Positions 12,280 through 25,190 are shown, counted from the first letter of the stretch. The stretch is 64,000 bases of DNA from Eledone cirrhosa (GCA_964016885.1 OZ024740.1:125674001-125738000), one strand, 5' to 3'. Program-made: numbers and translations. The notes: a model not told the origin generated them from the letters alone.

Positions 12280-13722
12280 ATTTATTAATGCATGGACAGT
12301 TATATGACCTCCTTTTCAGCCGAGAGACATACCAATACATATTCAAACATTGATACATATTCAAACATTGTGGGTCAACATTCATTACAAAATTTAGAGT
12401 GGCAGTACACACTTCGAGATTACATTTATATTAATAGGTACAATCAAAAATCAAAGATATAGGTTAAAGTACAACATGAAGATAAGTGGTTATATAGTGC
12501 AAATGTTATATGTGTGGCACGCATGTGCGTCTTGTTTATATAGTGTGGCAGAGAGATATGTGTGGTAGAGGCACTTAGGTAGGTAAATAAGAGTGTTAGG
12601 TTGGTAGATCTGGTGGCAAAGTCTTTATATGATTGATGTAGTCTGTGTGTGGAGAAATATTATAAACATTAAAGATAGTGCAAGCATTAAAAGTGTTATA
12701 AGTATTGGAGATGCACAACGCAGGGATGTCACGTAATTCATGTACTTCGGCATTTTCATGGTCAAGGGAGTGTATATTTCGATTATATGCCTTTCACATA
12801 ATCCACGACAATCCAGTTAGAGATCGTAGTCTGGTGTTCCTTAGTTCGATACAGGAGGTTGTTACGTTTCGAGAGACGCCATTGAATACCGGAAGTGTGT
12901 GTGTGGCTAAGGGGAGTTAATGCATGCGGGGAGGTAACTCTGGGGTTTCTATATCTAGCCATTAAAATGTGTCCCAATATGGACCCTAAATTCTATGGTG
13001 AGGTGCACCTTCCAAGAGAGACTTTTAAAGCATAAAGTGTACTAACTATAGAGTAGTTTAACTAAATTATGCTGAAGGAGATCATATTATTATTAAGGTG
13101 GATTAACCCATCTTAAGGTGCTACAAATGGAAATTATAGATGATGAGCGAGGATTCTAAATTAATGATCTCTGTGGTTGTAGTCTGCTCATATGACCAGG
13201 CGCGGTGATTGCAGGATTGCTTCAGGACCCAATGATCTCTGGTAAGATCTGGGTCATCGCTTGCTACATTGGATGTCGAAAGATAATCGTCCCCAGGCAG
13301 GCCAAAGGTCAATCCGCAGTCCTCGCGACCCCTCTCTGACCGTCAGATCATCCATATACGTACAACCCGCACGGCAGTTGCATTGCATTCACTCACTGCG
13401 CTCAGCAGCCCGGTCCTACTGGTCAACAGCGCTACTCGATTAAATCATTTTACATCTGTCTAAGGAAGGTGTTTCCTCTGCCCAACACCATCCAACCGAT
13501 CGATTCATGCTCAAATTACCCTTAGAGCGGTGTAGTGCCGTCCAGGTGGGTGGATGTTGTCACACCTGCCGTAGAGGTATAAATGGGTATTTTCCCTGCG
13601 AAGGGTTCCAGAGGGATGTCGTTGTTTGTGTTATAATGGATCAGCTAGTGTTGGGTATGTAGTATAGGGTGTGTCTCTGGTGTTTGATGCTAGATGTGGT
13701 GTTAGGTTCCAGTCCGACATTG

Positions 13723-16182
13723 CTATATATAGGGCTTAAAGTTTTGGAAGGAATGTCTGAGGCGGTGCTGGCAAGTTGCAAACACCTCAGATTTTTTGTT
13801 AAGTAGGTTACGGTTGGAGAAGATAATATTGTGTGTCTCTAGTATACAGAGGTTACAGAATTTATTAGGTGGTTTGTACGAGGTCGCGCTGCCTATCACT
13901 TCCCATTTGAGTGTGTATGGTTTATTTTTAGATTTTAGATAGTGTATGTAGCTAGAAAGTGAGGTGGAGTTGGCTAGGCTGTGCTTTTTGAACGAGTGGA
14001 TGTGCGAGTTATATCTAATTTTGAAGCAGTTAGAAGTGGAGCCTACATAGGTTTCTGAAGAGTTATTAGTCGTGACTGTGCATGAGTATATGACATCCTT
14101 GGTTAGGCATTTTTTATCTAAAGGGCAGGTTCTATTAGCTCTACAGTTACAATTATTCTGTGCGTTAGTCCGCTGGTTATAATGCAATGCGGAAGTCTGT
14201 GTGGTGGATATAGGATTTTGGGTGTTCAGGTTGACAACCCTGGTGTTATTACTTATACTAGTGTTATTTCTATTGTTACTGCCGTTGCTATTGTTGCTTG
14301 CTACAGTGGTATTTAGAGGGTTTGCATCCCGTTGTGATTTTGTTTGTTGGAAGTAAGAACTAATTTTACTATTATTGCTGCTAGCTATGTGGTATGCTAA
14401 GTTAGGCGTCGTAGAGTATGAGATTTTAATGGTGTTTTTGTTTAAGAGGTTGTGGTACTTGTGTCCTAGAGGGAAGTTTTTATCTAGTAGTGAGAAGAAA
14501 GCCCTAGGTATGTTGGTGGAGACATTTAGGTTGAAAGGAGGGTTGAAAAATGTATTATTTCTTCTTCTATTTTTGCTTTTAGTGTTTGGTGTGTTGCTTC
14601 CTCCTAAGGCCTCACAGTAGTTTCCATGGTAATGGTTACTTCCGGTGGCACCCTCCGCTTTGGTGTACTTGTGGTTGCTATTCCTATTATTAGATTTCCT
14701 CATGGACATGTTGTGCGAGATGATGTTGTAGCTATGTGTTTTCTTAGGTAGGAACTCTATTTCTATATTATGGCCGGAGCTAGCTAATGCTTGATTGTAA
14801 TATTGTGAGTTTTTGCTAAATATGTTTGCGTCATAGGACAGACTAGAGATTCTATTGGACACCCCCTTAGAGATAGAGTTTAATATTGATCTAGGGTGAT
14901 TAGACTTGGTATCTACGTAAATAAGTTTCTCATTAGGCTTATGGAAAGGTGTATATATTTTTGAGTCTAGGTATAGTGTGGCGTCTAGGAAGTTAACATT
15001 TTTAGTGTTTTTGTCCATGGTGATACTAAGGTTAAAGTTTTTGAATGTCTTATGCAGTTGTTTTCTAGTTCTTTCTATATTAAATTTTTTATATTCTATG
15101 AGTAGAAGTGCATCATCGCGGTACAAACCACCGTTGAGGTAAGGGAGGTCTTTATGGATTTCATTGAGGAGGTATAGGCCGACCAAATCAGTGACCTGCG
15201 CCGAGTCACTAGATCCCATGGTTATGTCGAAGTTGTTGTGCGTATCCTTGCGTGTCCATAGTTGGTCCTCGAAGGTGATTATGGTTTTACGGGCCGCAAG
15301 GATGACATCAACCTGGGCTCTAGTCAGGTCGCTATTGGTCATGGCCATGATAAGTGCCTTATTTAATAGGATAGGGGAAATAGAGGTGTAGTATGAATTG
15401 ATATCAAATTGAATAAATTTTTTGTTCTTATTATTCTTGATATCCTTAAACCATTCAATTACTTCACCCGTATTTCCCCATTGTTTAAGGTGTATCTTGT
15501 GTTTAATTTGTGGGATGATTTTATCCAAAATCTTCTTGCTGATAATACCAATGTCGGACTTGGAAGGGCAGATAAGTCTTATCGTGGGGTTGCTGATGAA
15601 GTTCTCCTTATGGTCCTTCAGAGAGAATCTAGGGGGGTTCGGAGTGAAAGGTTGTGTATGCCTCTGTAGTCCTAGTTTAGACACTATATTATAACCCTCT
15701 ACATTAATATCTTCTAAGTTTTTCAAGGTGGTTTTTTTGTAGCTTTTATGTAGTTCATTATATATAAACTTTCTATAAGTAATATAATCTAGGCTGTATA
15801 TGTTATTAGTTTTATCTGCGTGTACAATAATTTTATTACTAGTTTTGAATCCACTAATAGAAGTGTTAAGTTTGTTTAAGAAGGTGTTGCTTCTAATATG
15901 GTGCTTATTGTATTTAATGTTCTTAACTAGTTTAACTAGGTCATTTTCAAAGGAGTTAAGTAGAGTGTTATGAGGGGGGCTTTTAAAGGTTTTAAAGCCG
16001 AAGGAGTCAAAATTGTTAGTATTATTCAAGTTGTTAGATTTGTTTCTATCATAATGGAATGTCCTCCATCTCACTCTATTGATAAATGAATTTACACTGT
16101 TGATCAGCAATTTCTCATATGTATTCCTGGATGGTATTGGTATGTTCTTGGTCGACATGGGGAGTTGGTCTTTGATTAGCAT
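13723..16182 (-). CDS. PLE reverse transcriptase / GIY-YIG endonuclease, 819 aa
   Basis: STKNIPIP N-terminus, ADKT, LKDHK..IRLICP, QFDINSYYTSI, TMGSSDSA, GLYRDD, FLD, KP, CNC-x5-CP-x4-C linker, VIYSC..TYVGSTS..FKIRYNSH, CNLC..E..LN..SE..CQH. Confidence 0.96.
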   Translation of the reverse strand: MLIKDQLPMSTKNIPIPSRNTYEKLLINSVNSFINRVRWRTFHYDRNKSNNLNNTNNFDSFGFKTFKSPPHNTLLNSFENDLVKLVKNIKYNKHHIRSNTFLNKLNTSISGFKTSNKIIVHADKTNNIYSLDYITYRKFIYNELHKSYKKTTLKNLEDINVEGYNIVSKLGLQRHTQPFTPNPPRFSLKDHKENFISNPTIRLICPSKSDIGIISKKILDKIIPQIKHKIHLKQWGNTGEVIEWFKDIKNNKNKKFIQFDINSYYTSISPILLNKALIMAMTNSDLTRAQVDVILAARKTIITFEDQLWTRKDTHNNFDITMGSSDSAQVTDLVGLYLLNEIHKDLPYLNGGLYRDDALLLIEYKKFNIERTRKQLHKTFKNFNLSITMDKNTKNVNFLDATLYLDSKIYTPFHKPNEKLIYVDTKSNHPRSILNSISKGVSNRISSLSYDANIFSKNSQYYNQALASSGHNIEIEFLPKKTHSYNIISHNMSMRKSNNRNSNHKYTKAEGATGSNHYHGNYCEALGGSNTPNTKSKNRRRNNTFFNPPFNLNVSTNIPRAFFSLLDKNFPLGHKYHNLLNKNTIKISYSTTPNLAYHIASSNNSKISSYFQQTKSQRDANPLNTTVASNNSNGSNNRNNTSISNNTRVVNLNTQNPISTTQTSALHYNQRTNAQNNCNCRANRTCPLDKKCLTKDVIYSCTVTTNNSSETYVGSTSNCFKIRYNSHIHSFKKHSLANSTSLSSYIHYLKSKNKPYTLKWEVIGSATSYKPPNKFCNLCILETHNIIFSNRNLLNKKSEVFATCQHRLRHSFQNFKPYI

Positions 16183-16224
16183 ATTGGCAATATTATATGT
16201 CAGCTCAACGATATGGAGCAGTTA

Positions 16225-16472
16225 ATAGTATTAGTTATACTATTTATGGTTATGTAAACACAAAACCTTAAGCAGTTGTAAGTATTTTACACACACCCTA
16301 AATAGTGGTAGGCAGTAATGTATTACTACCTTATTACCAGTAAGTTAAGTAGCTCAATGTAAAAACATCAGATGATTTACAGAGCAGTTATATGAAATAT
16401 AAGAATCAAAGAACTGTTCAAAACATTATTGTGCTTACAGCTGTTTCCTCCAAACCGAGGTTTGGATTCTTC
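16225..16472 (-). repeat. 5' pseudo-LTR, beginning inside the hammerhead core
   Basis: Direct repeat of 12026-12273. On the minus strand it starts at GAAGAATCCAAACC. Confidence 0.95.
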
Positions 16473-18031
16473 ATTTATATTTCATATATTTCATATATTT
16501 ATATATATACATTTATATATATATATATTTATATATATTTATATATATATATTTTTATATATATATTTACATATATTTATATATATATATTTATATATAT
16601 ATATTTATATATATTTATATAGATATATATATTTATATAGATATATATATTTATATATATTTATATAGATATATATATTTATATATATTTATATATATAT
16701 ATATAAGAATTGGCGCTCTGAAATAGCGATATATATATGAATGTATATATAGTGTATTTTGCAATACACTATATGCTTAAAAGCATTTCGATGACCTGTC
16801 AGCTTTATCTCCCCCGTTTGCTGAAAATTAAAGTAAGTTAGACTGTCACTACTCTAAAACAATAGCATAAGGAATTCTAAGTGCTTTTAATTAAGCATAC
16901 AGTGTATTGCAAAATACACTATATATAATCCACACAATTACACAATCAGTATATCACACTGCTATATATATTTTTTCTGTTTAGTGTGTAGTGTGTGTTG
17001 CCATTTCTTTTGTTTTCATTATTTCTATTGTTATTATTGCTATTTACAGTGTTATCATTATCATTATTACTACTATTATTATCTTGTCTGTTTGTTAGTG
17101 AAATGGTATCTTTTAGCAAATGATAAAAGTTTAATAACAATAGTTTTAAATTGCTATATTCTTTGTCTTGAAACTTTGTTAATATAACAGAACAGAGTCT
17201 GCAAGATTATGAGATTCCATTATCAGGAATAGATGTTTTCCTCCTCTAATCTACACATTTAATTTATTACTTTAATAATGAGATGTCGCCAACACACTGA
17301 ATTGACAGACCATCTCATGTCACTGCAATATCTGGAATGTTCCAGCAAGTCTGTCAGTGGTTCTTTCCAGTTTCTCTAGAGGCCCTCATTGAAGAAGGCA
17401 TATAATCAATATCAGTCAGTTCTAAGACACTGGCGTAATTGTTTAGCCACACAAGAAGCTGTCACGAGAAAGAGAGGCTCACAATGAGAAACTAATATAT
17501 CTACAAAGCAGACACATGAATATTGTATAGCTAACAAGAGACAGATTTCAAGTCACTGAGAACAAATGATTTCCTTAGAAAACAAAAGGCAAGTTGGTAA
17601 CTCTAAATGGGAGAAGGTAGAATAATATTAACATTATTTATTATTGTCCAAAATGTTATTATAATAATTATTACAGTTGTAATTGTTGTTCTTATTTATT
17701 TATTTAATCATTTATTTTATTTTGTTGTATACTGCAATTTGTGAGGAATAGCATTTTGGTTATAGATATCTTATGTACCAATCAGTGGTTCCCCATATTC
17801 CTGATGATGAGAGTGTTTATCTAACTTAGTGTAGGATAAAAATAAAATAAAATTGTTTAAACTGTCTCACTGTTGTTTACATACTTTGCTAATATACACT
17901 GATAGAAGACACACATGAACACAAACACACGCACTTATTTCTATTATGTATATATATATATTTGTTGAATCACAATGAAACATGAAAGAATAGTAAACAT
18001 AAACACAGGAATGGACACATATGCATAATAT

Positions 18032-18120
<89 letters not shown>

Positions 18121-18523
18121 ATATACAAAAAGTTATGAAACGAAAGGAGCTGTGTGGTTACTAACTTTTTTGCATGTTTCTTTCACCTGTGTCTTCCCAC
18201 GACCTGTACACTTTTTTCTCCTATTCCTTTTCTATTTTCCCCCTTTCCCCTTTCTTCCTCTCGCCTCATCTCCCCTCCCCCCTGTTCTTCTTCCTTTCCC
18301 TCTCTTTCCTTTTCTCTCTCCTTTTTTCTCTACTTTTTTTCTTTCTTTTTCTCTCCTTTTCCACCTGGCCTTTTGATTAATAAAAAGCCCCGGGCGCACC
18401 CGAACTACACCGATGTCCTGTAATTCAGCGCCGAAACATCAGTTTGTGAAACATTTACAGCTGATGATGGAAACTCCTTTCTTCCTTTCTTCTCCTGTTC
18501 CATCCTAACCACCATCCTAAACC

Positions 18524-18564
<41 letters not shown>

Positions 18565-18904
18565 CTATATATATAAACTTAATAATAAAGCCAGCCAAAT
18601 ATGGATCCATATAACTCCAGCTGGTCCATTACTCACTCAAGGAGACAAGATTTGAGTGTGAGAACACACAAAACTATGCCTCAGAGTGCACACAAAATGT
18701 TATTTGTAATGGAGTCGACTGCACTTGGGCAGTGGTAAATTAGATACATAAAAGTATTGGACTTAGAAGTGTTGAGCATATTTTTTGATTTGGGAATCAA
18801 TAGAATTGATTATCATTTGCCTCAAAGGCAGGAAATTGCTGAAATAAATTAATAAATGGACTACATAAGATCTGTCATGTTCTGATATCATTATTGTTAC
18901 AGCT

Positions 18905-19098
18905 GTGGGTGGTGAGTTGGCAGTATTGGTAGAGGGTCAGACGCCCTGCTTTGATGCATAGAGTTATGGCCCCTGCCATTCTGAGTTCAAATCCCGCCGA
19001 GGTTAACTTTGCCTTTCATCCTTATGCGGTCTATAAAATAAAGTACCAGTAATGCACTGGGTAATTGCTGGCCTTGTGCCAAAAGTAGAAACCATTAT
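18905..19098 (+). mobile_element. tRNA-derived SINE, family A (Nin/Deu-like domain)
   Basis: A-box-like TGGCAGTATTGG, B-box GAGTTCAAATCC, then GCCTTTCATCC..ATAAAATAAAGTACCAG. Confidence 0.8.
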
Positions 19099-20639
19099 TG
19101 TTACAGCTGAAATCTAGTCATTGTTAAAATATATACTTTTCTTGCATCTACAGTAAGGTGATAATTGCCATGCTGTGACGATAATGTTCACTAAACAGAT
19201 AGTCTTCTATTTAGTACCTGGTTAGAGAATTATTATAAATAATAATTAATATATATAAGGGTGATTGAAAGTTTGGGCTAAAACTTGACATTTGTATAAG
19301 AAATACATAAAAATGATACAATAAAATACAACTTGCTTCTGATTTATAATATAATTGTACCTTTTTGCCTATTTATTCCACTTGCCTATTCATTCCATAT
19401 TCTATCTACTGATTTCTTATTTACTTATTTATGCCTTGGGTTGTTGAGTGGTCAAAGATTCCATAAAGGTTGTGTTGATGTTCTGAAACATTTAGGGATC
19501 TCTGAATTAGATGAGCTTACATCACAGGAAGCTGACTGTGGAATTTAGTTTTGATTCTAGGTTAAACTATTTATATACTTCTATTACTCTTGACAGAAAA
19601 ATGAATGGTGCAATCTCCCATTTCAATCCCCCCCCCCCCGCCCATATGAAGCAACAAGGGAATCTTTAAATGGGCAATTAACCTGCTAAAAGAAGTAAGT
19701 GCATAAACTTCCAATCACACCCTGCTGTCTTAAAAAAAGGAAGAACATATTAAACAACATACTCCTTGAAATACAAAGAAGGCTGATTATGACTGGAATG
19801 CCTTTGATCAAATAAGTGTTCAAACACGCTGAACTGGGGCTAAATATCAAAAACGACTGTATCAACAATAAGAACAACTACCAGATCTCTGTCTATGTAG
19901 GAAATTATTAATTTTATTCATCCTCATGATATAATTTCATTTCATGTTGTTTCATGTGAAGTTTTCCCTTGTAATGCCTCTCAGTTTATCAAAATATACA
20001 TTATTGTTTATGGGGTTTTGATTGGACTATTATGATAATTGCTTTTGTTTTTTGTCTTTTTTTTATTTTTTCAAAGTGTTTTTTTAAATGTTGTTTTGCG
20101 AGTTGTTTATGCTACATTATTGAGAGGGTTGTCTTCTGCTTTTTACTGCTCTTTTGTTGACTAATTGAGATTGCAACACTAATCACTTGTAATGATTTCT
20201 TTATATTTTGACAGGCGTAACTCTTTTTCTTCCTCCTGCAATTATGAATGGCTTGGAGGTAATTAACTCTATTTAGTTGTTAGAAAGGTAGTAGAAGTTA
20301 TACACTCATTATTGCAATAACTGTGCTAATAATAATAATATTAACAACAACAACAACAACAACACCACCACCACCACCACCACCACCAACAACAACAACA
20401 ATAATGATAATAATAATAATAATAGGACTATAAATATATCAAATCATGAAAAAAAAAGTTGATAAAAATAGCTACGAAACTTGAACAAATCAAAAAATTG
20501 TTTTCTGTCTTCAAGGAAGTCAACAAATTTAAATCAGAAACTGGATTGACAGATAATTGTGAGGAAAATAAAAACAAAGATGAAACAACAACAGAAATTG
20601 TGCATAAAATCTAAATTGACAACAAGTCTCCAGAACACC

Positions 20640-21125
20640 ATGCTAAAACGATGGCACGAAAAACCCTTACATGGCCAATACTCGAAAAAAGCTGAATAGT
20701 GAGGAATTATACAAGCAAAAAACTCTTAAAACTGGCTATGAAGCACTGGACTAAAAGCCATGACTGAAGGATTTCTAATCACAGCACAAAGCCTCCTTAT
20801 CAGAAACCACCAAAAGTACATAATGAAGCAGGTCAGAGTAACTGCAGAATATATGGAGGTGTGGAAGAAACAATTAACCACATTATCTCTGGCCATCTAG
20901 TCTTAGCCAAAAAGGAATATATCCATAGACATGATTATTGTGATTTCCATACACTGGAAGATATGCCAACACTATGAAATATGAACAGAAAGATGGGACA
21001 GACTCACACAACAAAAGGTGTCAGAGAATGCCAAAGCAACTATACTCTGAGATATGCCAATACAAACAGACAAGGAGATCAAAGACCACAAAGAAAAAAT
21101 GTCCCCTAATTGATGTATCAATCTC
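20640..21125 (+). mobile_element. Decayed RLE-type non-LTR retrotransposon fragment (R4/Dong-like)
   Basis: TEGFLITAQ, NCRI, EETINHIISG..LAKKEYIHRHD (zinc knuckle-RHD region) with stops and frameshifts. Confidence 0.7.
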
Positions 21126-21134
21126 CACAGAAGA

Positions 21135-21435
21135 CAATATATCTACCTCTCTCATCTCATCTGTCCCGTAGTCTGGTGGACCATCTTTCCATTATTCCTG
21201 CCTCTCCACCCTCCTCATGGTTGCACCTAGCTTCATGCCTGTCCATTCTGGGATGTTGTCCTCCCATCTCTTTTTTTTGTCTACATCTGTTCCTCCCTCC
21301 TTGTACTGTTCCCAGCAGGACAGTCTTAGTAAGCCCTGAACATCTTTTCACATGCCCATACCATCTCAATTTGCCTTGTTTTACAAAGGTCAGTTGGTCT
21401 TTGTAGGGCCCAATGGCTTGCCAAATTCTGTTTCA
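21135..21435 (-). mobile_element. RTE-clade LINE 3' fragment
   Basis: RWYGHVKR..LTKTVLLGTVQGGRNRCRQKK, a typical RTE C-terminus. Confidence 0.8.
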
Positions 21436-21719
21436 TCATCATGGCATGAGCAAGGTGACCTGAAGCATTTCACTGAAAGCCTTATAATTGCAGCATGACC
21501 CAGCTCTTGTTAACATTTCAGTAAAGTATAACATTTACAAAACCTCTGACACCCAGAAGTGCAGACACTGGAAAATGTACCCCACTTGGTAACCTTGCAC
21601 AAAAAGAATACAATTGTCAACATGATAAAATCTGTTGTACCTTCATTGGCTCCTATGTTGTAAATACCAATACAAAGTAACAGAGAATTGGCATGAGCAT
21701 GTGCCTTGTAAAGTAATGC

Positions 21720-22105
21720 AAGAGGATGGGAAAGCAATGATATTCTGGGATTATAATTTTCAGACTGATAGAATAATTGAGCATTACTGACTGGATATTG
21801 TCGTATTGAAAAAGAATGACAAATACTGTCAGCTCATAGATGTAGCCATACCAAATGACATGAATATTGTGAGTAAAAACATTAAAAAAATCACCACTTA
21901 TTCTGAATTGAAAGTGGAGATGGCAAGACTGGAATGCAAGAGGGTAATGTTAAAGTGATACCAATTGTGATTGGAGCATTAGGATCAATCTCATTGAAAT
22001 TCCAAGACTTCTTAAAGCAGTTGGGAATACTCTGCAAGATTGGTATCATACAAAAGTTAGCCTTACTAGGCACTGCACATATTTTAAAGAATGGATTATC
22101 TCTCT
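21720..22105 (+). mobile_element. RLE endonuclease remnant (R4/Dong-like LINE 3' end)
   Basis: IFWDYNFQTDRIIEH..DIVV..CQLIDVAIPND..KKIT..VKVIPIVIGALG..QKLALLGTAHIL. Confidence 0.85.
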
Positions 22106-23144
22106 GAGTTACTTGTTTAGACATGACACAGACTAAATACTCTGACACATTTTCCATCTAAAAGGAATAATAATAATTATAATAGCGATCTTGTGTAGGA
22201 AATATGGAGGATTTATATATATGGTTGTTTTGTTGTTATTATATTTGTTTATCATAACTTACTGCATCAATAATTAACAGCACTGGCTACACTCTAATCC
22301 TTCCTCATACTCATTTTAGTGCCAGAGATTATTTATGATAAACTTTTGGCACTGTTACAAATGTCTAGTTTTCGCAAAAGAACATCTAAAGTTTGGAAAA
22401 GGAGAATTTTATTATCACATATCTATTACCATCAATAAAAATAATTGCATCATCAAAAATGCAAGGAGTGCATCTAGGAATACATTTAATAACATAGTAG
22501 GATTGCAGGGCGATTTAACTATTTCTAGTAGGCCAAGCAACTAAATAATTCTGTTACCTGTTTTGGAATGAGTTCATCATGATTATTAGGGTATTAGCTG
22601 CAATAGTATACATAAATGGGGTGTTAAAATATTTTCAGTTTGGAGTTGGATATTTTACCGATTTCTTGTGAACTTCGTATTTACTATTGTTGTTTATATG
22701 CTTTGAATGAAAACGGTCAGGAAGTGGTTAAAATTCATTACCTAATGAAACAAAAACTATACTCTTAAAACAATTTAAATATGAAAATATTAAAACTTCA
22801 TAAATATATTCTCCACTCAGGAGAATTTCAAAACTGCACAGTCTCAACATAATGTGTTGGTTACCTGCCTTGACTTATAATTGGGGTATGGCTATTTGCC
22901 TGTTTCTCAGACATAAAATAGGATGATGGCTTATATTTAGATCAGCTTATATTCGAGAATACAGTAAGTCCCTAACTTATGAACTAGTTACATTCCAAGA
23001 GGTTGTTTGTTAGTTGATTTGTTCATAAGTTGATTGTCTAACGCAGAACGTACAAGTAAGCGCATATATGTTACATTGATACTGCAGTTTTCCATATGAG
23101 TGATATATATACAGAATATAGAGGTATATATATAACATGTAACA

Positions 23145-23530
23145 ATTGTTTCTACTTTTGTCACAAGGCCAGCAATTATCCCAGTGTATTACTGGTGCTT
23201 TATTTTATCAACCCCGTAAGGATGAAAAGCAAAGTTAACCTTGGCAGGATTTGAACTCAGACCAAAAAGAGCCGTAACTCTGTGTTGCAAAGCATGTTGT
23301 CTGATCCTCTACCAATACAGCCAATCCACCACCCTATAACATGTAATAATTGTTTCTACGTTTGGCACAAGGCCAGCAATTACCCAGTGCATTACTGGTA
23401 CTTTATTTTATCGACCCTGTAAGGATGAAAGGCAAAGTTAACCTCGGCGGGATTTGAACTCAGAATGGCAAGAGCTGTAACTCTATATATCAAAGCAAGG
23501 CGTCCGACCCTCTACCGATACTGCCAATCC
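23145..23530 (-). mobile_element. Two adjacent family A SINEs
   Basis: Two reverse-complement copies (~23145-23335 and ~23348-23530) of the 18905 SINE. Confidence 0.8.
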
Positions 23531-24159
23531 AGTAATAATGAATGTAAATAATATAAAGCTAATGACAATAAATTGTTAAAGAAAAAATATACTTTTTAAA
23601 TTCTGTGAAAACAGAATGGTATCCCATACTGTAGGTAAGATTTCAGCTTGTTTAATTTGCTGCAAAACACGGAACCAATTTTTATGTTGGAAAATTTCAA
23701 TCTGCACATTGAAAATTAACAAAATTACAAATAAATATAGTTAATAACCCTCTTGAGTATGATTAACTCAAAATAATGTAAATAGATAATGACATTTGAC
23801 AGAATAATGTAAATGCTAAAAGGTTAAATGATGATGATGATGATTTACTTAAATCCAGAGTTAACAAAAGAGTCTCAAAGTGTTTGCTTGACCTGTTAGA
23901 AATAGCACCCAGATCTTCCTTAAATTGAACATTAAATAAGGAAGGCAGACATTGAATAATGTAGATTTAAGTAGACAAAAGGAGCAGAGCTGAAACACCT
24001 TTGATAATAGGTTGTTTTTATCAGAGTTAATAGAGCACAAATCAACAACAACATACTTTATTTCATGGTGAAGGGATTAACCCGTTTTATACCAATCTAC
24101 CTGAAACTACTTGTGGTTCTATGGTATACAACTGTTTGTTTTATAATGTTTAGATTTAG

Positions 24160-24425
24160 ACCGGGTGATGTGTTGTTTCCTTGAGCAACATACTTTATTT
24201 CACATTGCTCCAGTTTACTCAGCTGTAGAAATGAGATGATAGGGACTGGGTTCCCTATCATTCCACTGCAAAGTGGACGTGTAGGCGCCACAGCAAAAAA
24301 GCACCCAGCACTCACTGTAAATGAGGTTGGTGTTAGGAAGGTCATCCAGCTGTATAAATCAAGCCAGAATCAGTTCCCGTCCCACCCTTGCAAGCAGGGA
24401 AAATGGACGTAAAATGAAATGATGA
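24160..24425 (+). mobile_element. 5'-truncated SINE, family B
   Basis: Matches the body and tail of 59962-60253. Confidence 0.8.
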
Positions 24426-25025
24426 TTCCGTTGCAATACCATGTAAGAAACTTTATTAAGTTAAGCTTCAAAACCAGTTTAATAATGAACATGTTAGTTA
24501 TATTACTAAAATCCCACATCATAGGCAGTGTATTTTTTAGAAATATACTAATGAGAGAAGTTAATATAAACAATTACTCCAATAGCATAGAAAGTAATAG
24601 AAAAACTCAGATATATAATCCTTATCATGCTAACAGAGAAATAGGAATACATAAATAAATAAACGATGTAGAAATAAATAATTAATTGTAGTTATTTAGT
24701 GATAATGTCCAATATTCAACCTCCAATGATATATCTATTTGATATTGGCATTGCTGGGAGAAGTTGTAATTAAGAGATTTCATTGGCTGACAACATCACT
24801 CGTAAATGTCCATTACATTTGCTGCTTGGCTTGCTGGAAATTATTAGAAAATCTTCAGCAAACTTTTTCTTGTGTTTGGTATTTAAAAATTGTTTGTATA
24901 TTTATATAATATGAGTGATCATATATTTAAATGTTTTAAAAATATCTTTATATTTATTCATAATTTTTTGCCAGATGTTGGAAATCAATATCAGGTTTAC
25001 TTGATTAGTGCCTGTCAATAATATT

Positions 25026-25190
25026 CTTCTTCTTCTTCTTCTTCTTCTTCTTCTTCTTCTTCTTCTTCTTCTTCTTCTTCTTCTTCTTCTTCTTCGTCGT
25101 CGTCGTCGTCTTCTTCTTCTTCTTCTTCTTCTTCTTCTTCTTCTTCTTCTTCTTCTTCTTCTTCTTCACTCCTCCCCCATTTTCTCTCTC

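Larger units (their letters stand above)
12026..16472 (-). mobile_element. Intact Penelope-like element (C-terminal EN+, possibly Hydra clade) inserted in (TA)n
   Basis: Uninterrupted RT-EN ORF, 248-bp direct repeats at both ends, ~1.45-kb 3' UTR and microsatellite flanks. Confidence 0.95.

Noticed and set aside
13723-16182. Possible Naiad-type selenoprotein PLE
   Set aside because: The endonuclease is C-terminal, there is no in-frame TGA in the ORF and no SECIS was recognised.
18385-18480. CTGATGA and GAAAC motifs with hairpins
   Set aside because: No consistent hammerhead topology could be assembled; the CTGATG appears sequestered in a hairpin with CATCAG.
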